A model generated the notes under the pieces. It had not been told where the DNA came from. It did not search any database and worked only from the letters and a program-made list of their open reading frames with translations. Source: an uncultured virus (IMG/VR IMGVR_UViG_3300033141_001977) (lineage: Duplodnaviria > Heunggongvirae > Uroviricota > Caudoviricetes). Taken from it: 64,000 nt of DNA. The stretch is from IMG/VR virus record IMGVR_UViG_3300033141_001977; one strand, given 5' to 3'. Below, piece after piece: positions 18,641 to 29,529 of the stretch (position 1 is its first letter; each line of letters opens with the position of its first letter). The position numbers and the translations under genes were made by a program.

Positions 18641-21388
18641 ATGGCCATCGCTTCGACCACACACAAGATAATTTATGAACATGACTCCATCTTGCAGGCT
18701 CAGCAGGCACAAGAGCAGTTCCGGCAAGCAGGGGTCACCGCCGCCAGCGATCTAACAAAAGCGTGGGCTGGCCCCATAGCTCAGATATACCTGCTGAACC
18801 GGACTATCGGCGAGAGCAGCCGGAACATCATCAGCGCAACAGACAAGGCGGTCAGCCATTTCAACCGTGTGATCGAGCGCGGCATGTCCAGCGCCACCGC
18901 TGCCGTTGGTGGGTTTACATCGAAGTTTATCAAAGACTTCGTGGACATGGGCAAGGCCGTCGAGGGCTGGCGCGTTGGCATGAAGGTTGCGTTACGCGAC
19001 GCTGAGAAGGCGCAGCAGATGTTCGCCTATGGCAAGGCGGCCATGTTCAAGACACCGGCTCAGATACCTGAAATCATGGGCACGCTGAAGTATATGACGG
19101 TGGCCGGCATACCGACTCAGAACAAGCAGGGTGGTTATCACGGCACAGGTGGGTTCTTCGATGAGATAGCTGATACACACGCTATGTTCGCCTCAGAAGG
19201 CATCTCAATGCGCCAAACGGCATATATGGTCAACATGGCGCGGCAGGGCTACTGGCGGCGTGCAATGCGGTTTGGCTTCAACCGTTCCCAGTTCTCCGAA
19301 TGGGCCGAGGGCCAGGGCTATACCGATATGTTCAAGGGCGGCAAGGTTAGCGGCGGGTTGACCGGTCAGGGCGACCTAGCGCTTGAGGCATTCTTGAAGA
19401 ACAGGTTTGGTGGTGGTGCCGAAGAGACCATGAACACCTTGATGGGCGCTATGTCAGTATTGAAGGATGTTGCCAACCGATTCAAGATGGATATGGTGCA
19501 GTATGAGGGCGGCGCTTACGACACTTGGAAGGACATGGTCATCCGTGCGCGTGAGGCTGGCACCAGCTGGGCGGCAGGTGGTGGCCCGGAGAAGTACATG
19601 GCCTTGATCAACAAGGCCGGTGTTGGTGGCCTGCAGCTCGGCGAGCAGGCGCTCATGGGCGCTGCTGACTGGTTTGGTGGCCGGTTCAAGAAGAATCTAA
19701 GGGGCGAAGAGCCGGTTGATTATGCTGCTGCGCTTGGAATAACCGGGATACAGGGCGTCGGCGGACTTGCTACGATGGGGTTGACCGGGTTGACCAAGAT
19801 TATCTCCGGCGAGGACAAGAGCGCGATGGCCGAGGCCATGCGTGAAGTATGGCGTGCCGGTGTCGATGAGATGCTGACGTTCTTGAAGAGCCCGGAACTC
19901 GCCGGGGCAATCAACGCGCTCGCATCGGAAATATTCCCCAACCTGATCAACATCTATGCCGAGCAGTTTGCCACAGTGTTTGCGGCACGGATGAAGGCCG
20001 GCATCACAATGGCGACAGAAGCGCCGTTGGCAACTTTGTTTGTGCTTGGCAAGAAGATGCTTGCCTCGATGGGCGGGTTCACTGCGGGTGGATACGCGGG
20101 TTACAAAATGTTTGGCAAGGCCGGGGTTATACCGGGTGCGCTCGCCGGCGGCATCGGTGTTCCTGCTCTTATGGCGGCTCCTCAAATCGGGAAGTCTATG
20201 GGCATGTTCCAACATGGCGGCCCCATCGGCGGCACTGGTGAGATACCTATCATCGCGCATGGTGGCGAGTTTATGATGAACGCCACCGCGACCAAGAAGT
20301 GGCTGCCAATCCTCAAGGCCATGAACGCACAGAGCTTGGCGGATGGCGGAATCGTTGGCAAAATATGGGGCGGGATGGGCGGAGTAAAGCTCACGCGAGA
20401 CCCCGGTTCAGCACTCAATCGCCTAGCTACTCGCCGTGAGATATATTACAATGAGCTATTCACGCCAGAATATCCTTATGAGACTCCATCAGTTGACTCG
20501 TTCCGCCTGGGTGGCATGAGACCGGGCGATGCTTCTAAGATAATGCACGCATCATGGCTCAAGAAGATGATGCTCCGTATGAGAGTAAATCGTGGGTTCT
20601 TTGGAATGTTCCCATCTGGCGTCATGGGCAAGTGGGGGAGATGGGGGAAGATTGGTCGCGGCATAGGAAGAGCCGGAATCTATCATCTTGCCGAGACCGG
20701 AATCAGGGCTGGCGGAGCAGCTACATGGGCTGGCGCAACAGCAGAAGGCAGAAGACGCTATTACGAGCAGTATGCAGACCAGGGATATGGTTACGACATG
20801 TCAGAAGAGTGGGGCGATTTTCTTGCTGCCCCATTTGCGAAGCCATATCAAACATTCGTGGCGCGCAATATCATGGCGGACGAGGGCGATGTCCGGTCGT
20901 GGGGCATGGGTGATTTCATTGCAGCTGCGGGCGGCAGAGCGTGGGGTGGCCACGAGACATACGGCAATTTCGGCGGATGGATGCGCCGTGCTTCCGGTAG
21001 TGCCACGCAGATGCAGGAATTAACTCGTTATCGGGGCAGCCAACTTGCTGATGTGGTTATCAGGCAAGAACAGGAGTTTGCTCGTAGGCGGCATATACGT
21101 GATACAGAGGGCGATGATTTTGTTCGCGTGCCGGGCGGACTACCACTTGGCGGTGAGGTGGGCGCGGGCATGGGCGTTGATACGTCAGCGGGCGTGAACC
21201 ACGCGATCAAGAGGATAAAGTCTGACATGGCCGCGATATTCGGCACGCCAGGCGTTGCCAGAGCTGGCGAAGGCCGCGTCATTACTGGAGGCCCTTATAG
21301 TCGCGTCTATGATCCGACCGCGTCGCTTAACGCCGCCCGCCAGCCCGTCCACTCGGAGGTCAACGACATATCTTGGGTGGGGTATTAG
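18641..21388 (+). CDS. tape measure protein
   Basis: 915 aa, A/G-rich helical; AMFKTPAQIPEI, LKNRFGGG and HGGPIGG..IIAHGGEFMM motifs. Confidence 0.85.
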   Translation: MAIASTTHKIIYEHDSILQAQQAQEQFRQAGVTAASDLTKAWAGPIAQIYLLNRTIGESSRNIISATDKAVSHFNRVIERGMSSATAAVGGFTSKFIKDFVDMGKAVEGWRVGMKVALRDAEKAQQMFAYGKAAMFKTPAQIPEIMGTLKYMTVAGIPTQNKQGGYHGTGGFFDEIADTHAMFASEGISMRQTAYMVNMARQGYWRRAMRFGFNRSQFSEWAEGQGYTDMFKGGKVSGGLTGQGDLALEAFLKNRFGGGAEETMNTLMGAMSVLKDVANRFKMDMVQYEGGAYDTWKDMVIRAREAGTSWAAGGGPEKYMALINKAGVGGLQLGEQALMGAADWFGGRFKKNLRGEEPVDYAAALGITGIQGVGGLATMGLTGLTKIISGEDKSAMAEAMREVWRAGVDEMLTFLKSPELAGAINALASEIFPNLINIYAEQFATVFAARMKAGITMATEAPLATLFVLGKKMLASMGGFTAGGYAGYKMFGKAGVIPGALAGGIGVPALMAAPQIGKSMGMFQHGGPIGGTGEIPIIAHGGEFMMNATATKKWLPILKAMNAQSLADGGIVGKIWGGMGGVKLTRDPGSALNRLATRREIYYNELFTPEYPYETPSVDSFRLGGMRPGDASKIMHASWLKKMMLRMRVNRGFFGMFPSGVMGKWGRWGKIGRGIGRAGIYHLAETGIRAGGAATWAGATAEGRRRYYEQYADQGYGYDMSEEWGDFLAAPFAKPYQTFVARNIMADEGDVRSWGMGDFIAAAGGRAWGGHETYGNFGGWMRRASGSATQMQELTRYRGSQLADVVIRQEQEFARRRHIRDTEGDDFVRVPGGLPLGGEVGAGMGVDTSAGVNHAIKRIKSDMAAIFGTPGVARAGEGRVITGGPYSRVYDPTASLNAARQPVHSEVNDISWVGY

Positions 21389-21564
21389 TTGATGAGAACC
21401 AGCAACAGCCCTAGCAAGAACCAGCATACCCCTACTATGAATGGTGATAGCAATATCAGCAGCACTATGGTCGCAATACCACTCAATCCAGCCCCACAAT
21501 GCGGGCATGTAAATGTGGATGAGTCGATCATCCCGCCACATTTCTTGCATGGTTTCAAAGCCAT
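21385..21564 (-). CDS. zinc-ribbon membrane protein (antisense moron)
   Basis: MALKPCKKCG..CPHCG plus hydrophobic tail; AGGAGA RBS. Confidence 0.7.
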   Translation of the reverse strand: MALKPCKKCGGMIDSSTFTCPHCGAGLSGIATIVLLILLSPFIVGVCWFLLGLLLVLIN

Positions 21565-21598
21565 ATCCAATCTCCTTTTCAAGCTGATATTGGTACAG

Positions 21599-21626
21599 AT
21601 GTTGAACGAACGCACGGTTTTGTCAA
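21599..21626 (-). promoter_or_regulatory. candidate promoter of the moron gene
   Basis: TTGACA-N16-CAACAT, same spacing as 6251..6278. Confidence 0.45.
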
Positions 21627-21636
21627 GTGAGCGCCG

Positions 21637-24201
21637 ATGACGATCAAGAAGATTAGCACCCGGCAGGTTTATACAGCTGCGTTGGCAGACGAGGATGTGT
21701 TCCGGTTCTCATACAACGCATTGGGCCGCGAAGCTAGCGAGGCGGCAGAGCTGACGGTGGCGGCCACCAAGTTTGCTGACCTGAACCCTGACGATGACCC
21801 TGTTATCTGTGTCCAGTTCACATCCGGCCAAAAGATGTATTTTGACATAGAGGACAGGGGCCTCGACATTGACGATCTGGGCACTGAGCTGACAATCAGC
21901 GTTGTGCCCTCCTCATATCGGCTCTTAGAGCTCGGCCAGAACAAGCTGCTGGCCTACGTCTATTGCACCAAAGAGGACTTTGAGCTCTGGCAAAATACCA
22001 CAGCAGGCCGTGAAGAGATGAGCAAACAATGGTTTGGCGCCACAGCACCGGGCGTGGAATATGAGATACGTGAACGGCTCAAATACCAGGATGACCCATG
22101 GACAGACCGGGAGATACTTGAAGACCTATCCGACATACATGGCATAAGCGTTTGCATAACAGCGACGGAGCGGACAGTTACTAAGACAAAGCCCGTGACA
22201 ATCGACTGGACAGAAAACTTCTTTGCTGTTGTCAAGTCGCTCTATAACGGCCAGTTTGTCTCGGTCAAGTATGACAGCCTAGGCGACACTCTGTTCGTCA
22301 TCGACGTGTTCGATGAACCGGCTTCATACCTCTCGATACTGGAGAACAAGCCGCTTGCTTCCCTCGACTTTGCCCATCCACAGCTGAAGGATGACGCCAT
22401 ATTTGAGCTGATGGGCGGTGAGGTAGATTTCAAGGCCGAGGACTACAAATGGGGTGAGACATGGACACAACCTCTTGACCCCGGACGGGCACGGCTGCCG
22501 ATACACAATACCTACCTCCGGCGGCTGATGAGCGGCAAGGCCCCATATCCCGAGGACTTCTTTGCAATCGGCCAGATTGGGGTGTTGCTGAAGGCGAGCG
22601 CTGACCCGATCTACTCTGCGCTATCGCCTGCTATCCAGAAACGCATCTCGGACTTTTATCGGATCTTGCCGCATGACAATCGGCTGTTCAGATTGGCGCA
22701 GGACAAGTCGAAGGAGCTCAAGGTCTGGGCTGCTACCCGTCCCTTCTACTTCCGGCAGCTGAAGCGGCAGCCAGACATCTCTGACGCTGACCCGACCTCT
22801 CATGTAGTCAAGGAGGTGTGGAACGCCTCCAACTCGGTCGGCGAGGACATGGGCGTCATGGTCTATGCCCGCGAGCGGCGCTACGAGGCCGAGGATGACG
22901 AAGAACCACTGAACGGCACAGCAACCAGCAAGGGCAAGTTCTTGAAGGAGCTGCGAGAGACCATCACGTTCTACGAGGGCATGGTTCCGGGCGTGGCAAA
23001 GCCGGTCGCCAAATGCAAGATAACGATGATAGGCCGCCGGCTGGTTGAACTACGCCCCGCCGGGTTTGATGCTCACACCGCTGTCTCTGCTCAATACAAT
23101 GAGTGGTATCATGAGAACGGCAAAGAGTTTGGGCATAGGGCGTCGTTTTTCAACTCAACGGCAGCGGCTGCCGCTAACTCCACAGGTTCAACAGGCTGGA
23201 CACCGCAATGGGTGTGGGAGCCGAACGCAGGTATGGAGATCGAGGCATGGTTATACGACGAGCGTGGCTACCCAGTATGGCAGACCAAACGGGTGTTCGG
23301 GGTCACATACGAAGAATCTGGCGGAGAAGGTAACTCTGGCATCGACGATTACAACACACGCCCCCCCGAAGATTATGCTGTCAAGAGTGAGAGCGGAGAC
23401 GGCAAGACCACGATCTATAACGACGCCTTTTATGAGAGGGGCAACAGCGGTGATTACCTAGGTGGTAATGGCGGGTCGTTTGGCACCACGTCCGGCACAG
23501 CTGGCGCGGCTGCCGTTGACAGCCAGAACAAGGGGAACGCCCACAAGCGCTATGAGCTCTCGCGTATCCAGAAGCTCGACAAGTATTCTGGTATCTCAAA
23601 CAACACGTTCCACTGGATGATCCTGACCAATGACGGCTGGACGCAAGACCCAAGGTGCCTCGTATCCGCGACGGACACCTTCTACATGCCCATCGACAGG
23701 AGCATGATGCAGGTAATCGCCATGAATAAGGCGCTAGTCAACGGGCTGATGGTCAGCTGGCAGGATGAGCATGGTGTGCCCAACAACCAGCTGACGAAGA
23801 GCAAGGTGGAGATGATCCAGCAGAAATGCTATTATAACGTGAACTTCCCGGAGCCGGGCGACTCGCTGGAGGTTGTGAACGCAGGCCAACGTGTGGGAAT
23901 GGCGCATCTGACTGATTGGGAGCTGGTAGCGGATATTGGCGCTCGGCTACATGCGCAGAAGACATCGTTACTGAACTCATATTCGATAGACCTGCACGGC
24001 TCGTTCCTCATCCCGGCTGGCACACGCATGAAGTTCACGACCCCGCAGAGGGAGATTATCCGGCATGGTGGCCGCAAAGAAACGTTATCAGAGACAACAT
24101 ATAAGGGCACGGTAGAGAATATGCGCATCTCACCGGACAGCAAAGGCTCGATGACGGCGAATATCGCCATGCGCGACTTCATAGGCCGGGGATCAATCTG
24201 A
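21637..24201 (+). CDS. minor tail/baseplate hub-like protein
   Basis: 854 aa directly after tape measure. Confidence 0.55.
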   Translation: MTIKKISTRQVYTAALADEDVFRFSYNALGREASEAAELTVAATKFADLNPDDDPVICVQFTSGQKMYFDIEDRGLDIDDLGTELTISVVPSSYRLLELGQNKLLAYVYCTKEDFELWQNTTAGREEMSKQWFGATAPGVEYEIRERLKYQDDPWTDREILEDLSDIHGISVCITATERTVTKTKPVTIDWTENFFAVVKSLYNGQFVSVKYDSLGDTLFVIDVFDEPASYLSILENKPLASLDFAHPQLKDDAIFELMGGEVDFKAEDYKWGETWTQPLDPGRARLPIHNTYLRRLMSGKAPYPEDFFAIGQIGVLLKASADPIYSALSPAIQKRISDFYRILPHDNRLFRLAQDKSKELKVWAATRPFYFRQLKRQPDISDADPTSHVVKEVWNASNSVGEDMGVMVYARERRYEAEDDEEPLNGTATSKGKFLKELRETITFYEGMVPGVAKPVAKCKITMIGRRLVELRPAGFDAHTAVSAQYNEWYHENGKEFGHRASFFNSTAAAAANSTGSTGWTPQWVWEPNAGMEIEAWLYDERGYPVWQTKRVFGVTYEESGGEGNSGIDDYNTRPPEDYAVKSESGDGKTTIYNDAFYERGNSGDYLGGNGGSFGTTSGTAGAAAVDSQNKGNAHKRYELSRIQKLDKYSGISNNTFHWMILTNDGWTQDPRCLVSATDTFYMPIDRSMMQVIAMNKALVNGLMVSWQDEHGVPNNQLTKSKVEMIQQKCYYNVNFPEPGDSLEVVNAGQRVGMAHLTDWELVADIGARLHAQKTSLLNSYSIDLHGSFLIPAGTRMKFTTPQREIIRHGGRKETLSETTYKGTVENMRISPDSKGSMTANIAMRDFIGRGSI

Positions 24202-25631
24202 TGGCCGGGCCACCGCGCAGCAAGCACGAGATTATGGGGCATAAATTGATTGACGGCGTTCCTGTGCCCTTGAGCCAGATGACGCCGGATGATAAGACGG
24301 CCTACGACCTGACGCCACCACCGTTACGACACGGGCAGATAGCAAGCCGTCTGCAAGGTGGTGAGAAAGCGCTGAACCTACTCGGGCGCTGTAACGGGAT
24401 AACGGGCGGGCTTGAGAGCATGGAGGTGGTGGAGTTCATATCAACGTTGAGATGTAAGCCGTTGCCTGCCGAGCGGCTTGGCATGAACACCGACATCGAC
24501 GGATACGAGCAATGTGCGCACTCAGTTGATTTTGGCAGTATCTTGCAGGGCTACTTCCCGGCGGCATGGAACCATCTAACTGACACATTGCGCATATTGT
24601 CTTTTTTTCCTTTTGCAGAGGATGGCTGGTTCCAATGGGCGTGTCAGGAGTGGTTGGGCTCCTCCGCTACTACGTCGGCTGCCCAGCCGGCCATCCTCAC
24701 CTATCGTAGGGGCAAGGAACACGGCACAATGAAGAGTTACATGGGTGGCGCTTGGCCCACAGAGGATGCTGCTACCACCATGCCTCACCGGATCGTGGGT
24801 TTCTCCCAGGGTCGAGCGCTGCTCGATACACGACAGCTGCTCAACGATGATGGTGAGGATATTATTACCCGTGGCGCAGCTGGGGCCATAGAAGGTGTGG
24901 AATGGTCGAATGTATCGTCTGTGTCGGGTGGAATCGAGCTCTGGCATGTAGCGAACCAAAGACGCATATCTGTGATATGGGAGCAGGAGGCTCCGATCTA
25001 TCGCAGTGATTCCTTCCCTGACGAGAGCATACCGCCGGTCCGCACCGAGATTGGCGAGCGGGTCATCTCTGCTACGATGTGGCATAGCAAGGTGGTGTTG
25101 CTCACGCACCAAATTACGAACGTCGCTGTTGGGAGACCTGCCGCAGACAACCTGATGCTAGAGGTTACGTATCGGCTGTATCTATACAATATCCAGACGG
25201 GCGACTTCCAGCAGGTCTATCCTGAAGGGGTGGCAACTGACAAGATATGGGTGCGCTATACCTCACATGGGACGGAAGGCCCCGACGATGTAACGCCACA
25301 TCTCTTCGCTGCTGATACCCCGGAGGGGCTTTATTATGCCGGCGGGCGAACAGGCTCAGGCTTTGCGATTCAATGTTTGTTGCCCAACTCCAACGACGGG
25401 CTGCTCTATCTTCCGTTGAACTACGTGGAGCACGAAGGGGTGTTCACAACAGGCTCGTTGGCCGGCACTCTGATGACACAATCAGCTATCAGGCTCTATG
25501 CGTATGGGCTGATCCCGGACGAGAACGGCACGCTACCGTTCAAGGGATACGTTACCGGTCCCTACGGTGAGGCAGACAACATCGGGTTTTACAATGCCGC
25601 CCACAGCTTTTGCAATCTGACCGGAGATTGA
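24201..25631 (+). CDS. putative minor tail protein
   Basis: 476 aa, TGATG-coupled to the previous gene. Confidence 0.5.
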   Translation: MAGPPRSKHEIMGHKLIDGVPVPLSQMTPDDKTAYDLTPPPLRHGQIASRLQGGEKALNLLGRCNGITGGLESMEVVEFISTLRCKPLPAERLGMNTDIDGYEQCAHSVDFGSILQGYFPAAWNHLTDTLRILSFFPFAEDGWFQWACQEWLGSSATTSAAQPAILTYRRGKEHGTMKSYMGGAWPTEDAATTMPHRIVGFSQGRALLDTRQLLNDDGEDIITRGAAGAIEGVEWSNVSSVSGGIELWHVANQRRISVIWEQEAPIYRSDSFPDESIPPVRTEIGERVISATMWHSKVVLLTHQITNVAVGRPAADNLMLEVTYRLYLYNIQTGDFQQVYPEGVATDKIWVRYTSHGTEGPDDVTPHLFAADTPEGLYYAGGRTGSGFAIQCLLPNSNDGLLYLPLNYVEHEGVFTTGSLAGTLMTQSAIRLYAYGLIPDENGTLPFKGYVTGPYGEADNIGFYNAAHSFCNLTGD

Positions 25632-25658
25632 TATAATGCCAGCAGGAGAGAAATTGAT

Positions 25659-25850
25659 ATGAGCCAAAAAGAACGAGTGATACACGAGGACAAGGCAAGG
25701 CGGATGAACGAGGCGCACTTCCCGAAACGTGAACGGCGGCCACTTGGCTTCAGCCTGTTTATGCGCGACATCTCGCCACAACCAAAGTTCGGCAAGAAGG
25801 ACACTATCCTCATGCCGAGCGCCAGATTTGGGCAATGGGTAGGGGTATGA
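25659..25850 (+). CDS. hypothetical protein
   Basis: AGGAG RBS, 63 aa. Confidence 0.45.
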   Translation: MSQKERVIHEDKARRMNEAHFPKRERRPLGFSLFMRDISPQPKFGKKDTILMPSARFGQWVGV

Positions 25851-26128
25851 AAAAAACGATATTCAAGACAACCTTCAGTTGGGCTAAGCGGCTATGGGAC
25901 GTCCTCAGACGGACGGCCAAAGCTGCGCCGGGATACATGATGGACGCCACCAAGGCGCTGATCCCGATAGGGATTATTGGGCTGGCGATATGGCGGGTCT
26001 TCTTTGCGGCAACACCCTCCGCCGCTATAGACTGGGCATGGTCGTTTGTGATCCTGTGCTGTGGCGTTCTGTTCCTGGTGCTAGCGGTCGTGGTGCTCGA
26101 CCATGTGATCGCGCGGTTGAAGAGATAA
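25847..26128 (+). CDS. membrane protein (two TM helices)
   Basis: Two hydrophobic segments; ATGA overlap with the previous ORF. Confidence 0.55.
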   Translation: MKKTIFKTTFSWAKRLWDVLRRTAKAAPGYMMDATKALIPIGIIGLAIWRVFFAATPSAAIDWAWSFVILCCGVLFLVLAVVVLDHVIARLKR

Positions 26129-26133
26129 CGCTG

Positions 26134-26409
26134 ATGGCAGACTCAAGCACATTTATCAACGCGCTTGCTCCTGATGAGGTGGCAGTCTGCACCAGCGTCA
26201 TGGATCGGTGCGGCGTGCATATCAAGGCGGACGGATATGCGCCGGACGGACGACGCGCCATTATCTTCTGCCGGAAACGATGCGCCTCGGACGGGAACTT
26301 TGCCCCAGCGCTTCAGCCAGTGTCCCAAGCGTTTGTGAGAGAAGATGAGGCTCGCAAATGGCTGGAGTGGCTTGACAGCGCAGTTAAGCGGGCGGGGGGC
26401 AGGGTATGA
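26134..26409 (+). CDS. hypothetical protein
   Basis: MADSSTF.. portion of ORF 25894..26409; ATGA overlap with the methyltransferase. Confidence 0.5.
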   Translation: MADSSTFINALAPDEVAVCTSVMDRCGVHIKADGYAPDGRRAIIFCRKRCASDGNFAPALQPVSQAFVREDEARKWLEWLDSAVKRAGGRV

Positions 26410-27908
26410 CGATTATTCACGGCGATTGCCTAGCCAAGATGCGCGACATGGATGCGGCGAGCATTGACCTCGTGGTTACAGACCCTCCGTACGGTGTGGT
26501 GTTCATGGGCAAGGCGTGGGACAAAGCCGTGCCGGGTATTGACGTGTGGCGAGAGTGCCTGCGGGTCTTGAAGCCGGGCGCGTTCGCGTTTGTTATGAGT
26601 CTCCCTCGTCAGGACTGCTTGGCTCGGATGATATGTAACATTGAGGACGCTGGATTCTCAATAGCCCAATCAAGCATCTACTGGGCGTTTGCCACAGGAT
26701 TCCCAAAGCTGCACTCAGTGGGCAAAGCCATCGACCGCAAGGCTGGCAAGGAGCGAGAAGTGGTTGACCGTCAAAAGCGAAAAGGCTCTGCGTTTATGAA
26801 AGAGGGGCAGAAGTGGCAATCTAATGGTAAAGCAATAGATGGGCGAAGCTCTGATCTTATTGCAATTCGTGTTGAGCAAATGTCAGCAGATGGCGTCCCC
26901 ATCACCGCCCCCGCGACCCCCGAAGCCGCCCAGTTCGAGGGCTGGTGTCCTGCAAGTTCCCTGAAACCGGCAGTAGAAGTAATCATTTGTGCGCAAAAAC
27001 CGATGAGCGAGAAGACGTATGCAGCCCAAGCGTTGGCTAGCCTTGAGGACGAGCATGTTGCACCGGGCTGTCTTAACATGGAGGCGGCGCGGATACCGAT
27101 AAATGGAGATGATGGTCAAAACTTCCGTGAAGGAAGATACGAACGAAATACTGATAATGCGGCTGTGCCATTTGGCGCAAAGCCTGGAGAACGCCCAAGT
27201 TATACGAAACATCAACATCCCCAGGGCCGCTTCCCGGCTAATTTGATAGTGGAATCAGACGTGCTTAACGACGGGCGGGTGAGAGTATCTTGTTGGGGCA
27301 AGCATTACGCAGGAGACCGACGTGGCGGGGATAGCCATGTGGACTTTGCACATAATCAGAATGAGGAGCAGATAGCAAGACAAAACGCTTTAATTGGTGA
27401 CTCCGGTTCCTTCAGCCGCTATTTCTCGCTGGATCAATGGTTCGCCAAGCGCCTCTCCGAGTTGCCCGAAGGCGTGCAGCGGACGTTCCCGTTTCTTGTG
27501 TGCCCCAAGCCCAGCAAGCGTGAGAAGAATAAGGGCTGTGAGGGGCTGGAAGAGAAGCCAGTATCAGAACGCTATCAAGGTGGTGGCGAAATAAAGACTT
27601 GGATAGACCGCAAGGATGGCAAAGGCAAAGTTGCAGTGAATGCTAAAATGCACCCAAGAGCCAACCACCATCCGACCTGTAAGCCCGTCAAGCTCATGTC
27701 TTGGCTCATAACCCTCGGCAGTCGTGAAGGCCAACTAGTCCTTGACCCGTTCATGGGCAGCGGAACTACAGGGGTGGCGGCCAAGATGCTCAACCGCCGT
27801 TTTGTGGGCATTGAGATGGAGCAGGAGTATGTTGACATAGCTGAGGCGCGTATCGAAGCGCACGCCACCCCGGCGCAGACAGAGATATTCTCCGGAGCAG
27901 CGGTATGA
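26406..27908 (+). CDS. N4/N6 DNA methyltransferase
   Basis: IIHGDCL, TDPPY, HPTCKP, LDPFMGSGTT. Confidence 0.92.
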   Translation: MTIIHGDCLAKMRDMDAASIDLVVTDPPYGVVFMGKAWDKAVPGIDVWRECLRVLKPGAFAFVMSLPRQDCLARMICNIEDAGFSIAQSSIYWAFATGFPKLHSVGKAIDRKAGKEREVVDRQKRKGSAFMKEGQKWQSNGKAIDGRSSDLIAIRVEQMSADGVPITAPATPEAAQFEGWCPASSLKPAVEVIICAQKPMSEKTYAAQALASLEDEHVAPGCLNMEAARIPINGDDGQNFREGRYERNTDNAAVPFGAKPGERPSYTKHQHPQGRFPANLIVESDVLNDGRVRVSCWGKHYAGDRRGGDSHVDFAHNQNEEQIARQNALIGDSGSFSRYFSLDQWFAKRLSELPEGVQRTFPFLVCPKPSKREKNKGCEGLEEKPVSERYQGGGEIKTWIDRKDGKGKVAVNAKMHPRANHHPTCKPVKLMSWLITLGSREGQLVLDPFMGSGTTGVAAKMLNRRFVGIEMEQEYVDIAEARIEAHATPAQTEIFSGAAV

Positions 27909-28864
27909 CGATAGCCCTCGATGTCTTTGATTGCTACCCACCAGCAGAAGGGACGTGTGGCCGCCAGCAGGTCAACTTCCGGTTCAAGTTGGCTAACACT
28001 GCCTCAACCTACACATGGGACATCGATTGGGACACGGTGCATATCTACTTCAAGGCGGACGGCGGAACCTACGAGGCGATAGTCGATGATGGTGCTGTGG
28101 CAGACAAGCATTCTGACTACGTGCTGTTCTGCAAGAGCATGATTACCGCCAACACCTTTGCGGCTAACCAATGGGCGTGCGGCCATGCCCATACCCAAGG
28201 CGCATTTGTCTGGGACTTGCCAGCAGGCTTCCCGGACGGCAAGACGTATTGGCTCAAGATAGAGTTTGACGACACCAACGGCAGCTCGTATTCCGAAGAG
28301 TGGTGGTTTACAACAGCTGCTGCGTCGGACATCGGCCCTCGGAAACTCAGGTGGCTCGACACCAGCGATAACAAAGCCACTCAGCGCTTCGGGATATGTC
28401 CTTATGGTGGGACGGTCAGCATCCCTGCTCGGTTGAGCTGGGCTGCGGACAACCCATACGCGCCCACGGCCTATCATTTATGGGTCGAGCCGCTTCATAT
28501 CCCGACTGAGACTACCGTGCGGCTCAAGATAGCGAATAGGGCTTATATGCCTGTTACGGGCACCTGGATCAAGATAACCTTCGATCCAAACGATGCTGAC
28601 GGGTTGCCTATCCCGGCGCAGGGCTACATTGATGTTGAGCTGCAACTCACGTCCAACTCAGCGGACAGCAAGCCAGTGTTTGTAAGCCTTGCGTTTCATG
28701 TGTATGGTAAGGCAATAGCAAACCAGTTTGCGGCCAGCTCGTATGCCGCCAACGGGATAGCGAAGATGGACAGACTGAAACTGGACTTCTCCGCCGAGCT
28801 CTTCTCTAAAGAGACCGGCGATTACTTCAGGGACACATTAGGGATAAGTATGGAGGCATCATGA
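27905..28864 (+). CDS. putative virion protein
   Basis: 319 aa, beta-rich, coupled on both sides. Confidence 0.5.
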   Translation: MTIALDVFDCYPPAEGTCGRQQVNFRFKLANTASTYTWDIDWDTVHIYFKADGGTYEAIVDDGAVADKHSDYVLFCKSMITANTFAANQWACGHAHTQGAFVWDLPAGFPDGKTYWLKIEFDDTNGSSYSEEWWFTTAAASDIGPRKLRWLDTSDNKATQRFGICPYGGTVSIPARLSWAADNPYAPTAYHLWVEPLHIPTETTVRLKIANRAYMPVTGTWIKITFDPNDADGLPIPAQGYIDVELQLTSNSADSKPVFVSLAFHVYGKAIANQFAASSYAANGIAKMDRLKLDFSAELFSKETGDYFRDTLGISMEAS

Positions 28865-29421
28865 GTGAGAACGAGAAATCTGAGATGGCTAACATCCAAC
28901 AACGAAAAATAGTTGAGAAAGAGAAGGCGCTAGAGCTCTTGGTATCCAAGTATAATGTCATGCAGCAACAGATTGATGTCTTGAGAAAAGACATTTGCCA
29001 GCAAAGGCAAGACATTGGTGGACTAGTAGCAACCACCGACATAAATCTCGATGAGATGATTAGCAGATTGTGGGGCGAAATCCATGATTCCCTTAACGAT
29101 GCCCGCACATTGCCGCTATGCAAAACACCGAATAGCTGGACAATCGATAGAATACGAGATGCGGTCAATCGGTGCCTTGCCATTATCCGCGACGGGGAGA
29201 GCTATGCAGAAGTCATAGTCCCGTTAAGCGGAGGGGATAATATCCCGGTTAGGTCATTTTCGCTGCGAGTATCCGCTATCTGCAGGCGACCCTATGAAGA
29301 GGCGAACATAGAACAAGAGATATTTCTTACGGGAACGTTGGTGCTTGGATGCACGAGTAAGTATTTCTGTTGGATGATAGCATGAGTGAGAACGAGAAAT
29401 CTGAGATGGCTAACATCCAAC
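28860..29421 (+). repeat. perfect 41-bp direct repeat (28860..28900 and 29381..29421)
   Basis: CATGAGTGAGAACGAGAAATCTGAGATGGCTAACATCCAAC occurs twice. Confidence 0.95.
28861..29385 (+). CDS. hypothetical protein between direct repeats
   Basis: GGAGG RBS, coiled-coil N-terminus. Confidence 0.6.
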   Translation: MSENEKSEMANIQQRKIVEKEKALELLVSKYNVMQQQIDVLRKDICQQRQDIGGLVATTDINLDEMISRLWGEIHDSLNDARTLPLCKTPNSWTIDRIRDAVNRCLAIIRDGESYAEVIVPLSGGDNIPVRSFSLRVSAICRRPYEEANIEQEIFLTGTLVLGCTSKYFCWMIA

Positions 29422-29529
29422 GCGGCAGATTGGTTATATGACGGTCAGAGGGAGTGTCCACCAAAGGAGAATTGTGAAGAAGTGCGACCTAACGTATGAC
29501 AAATGGGCTGCGGCAGCAGGGCTTACAGC

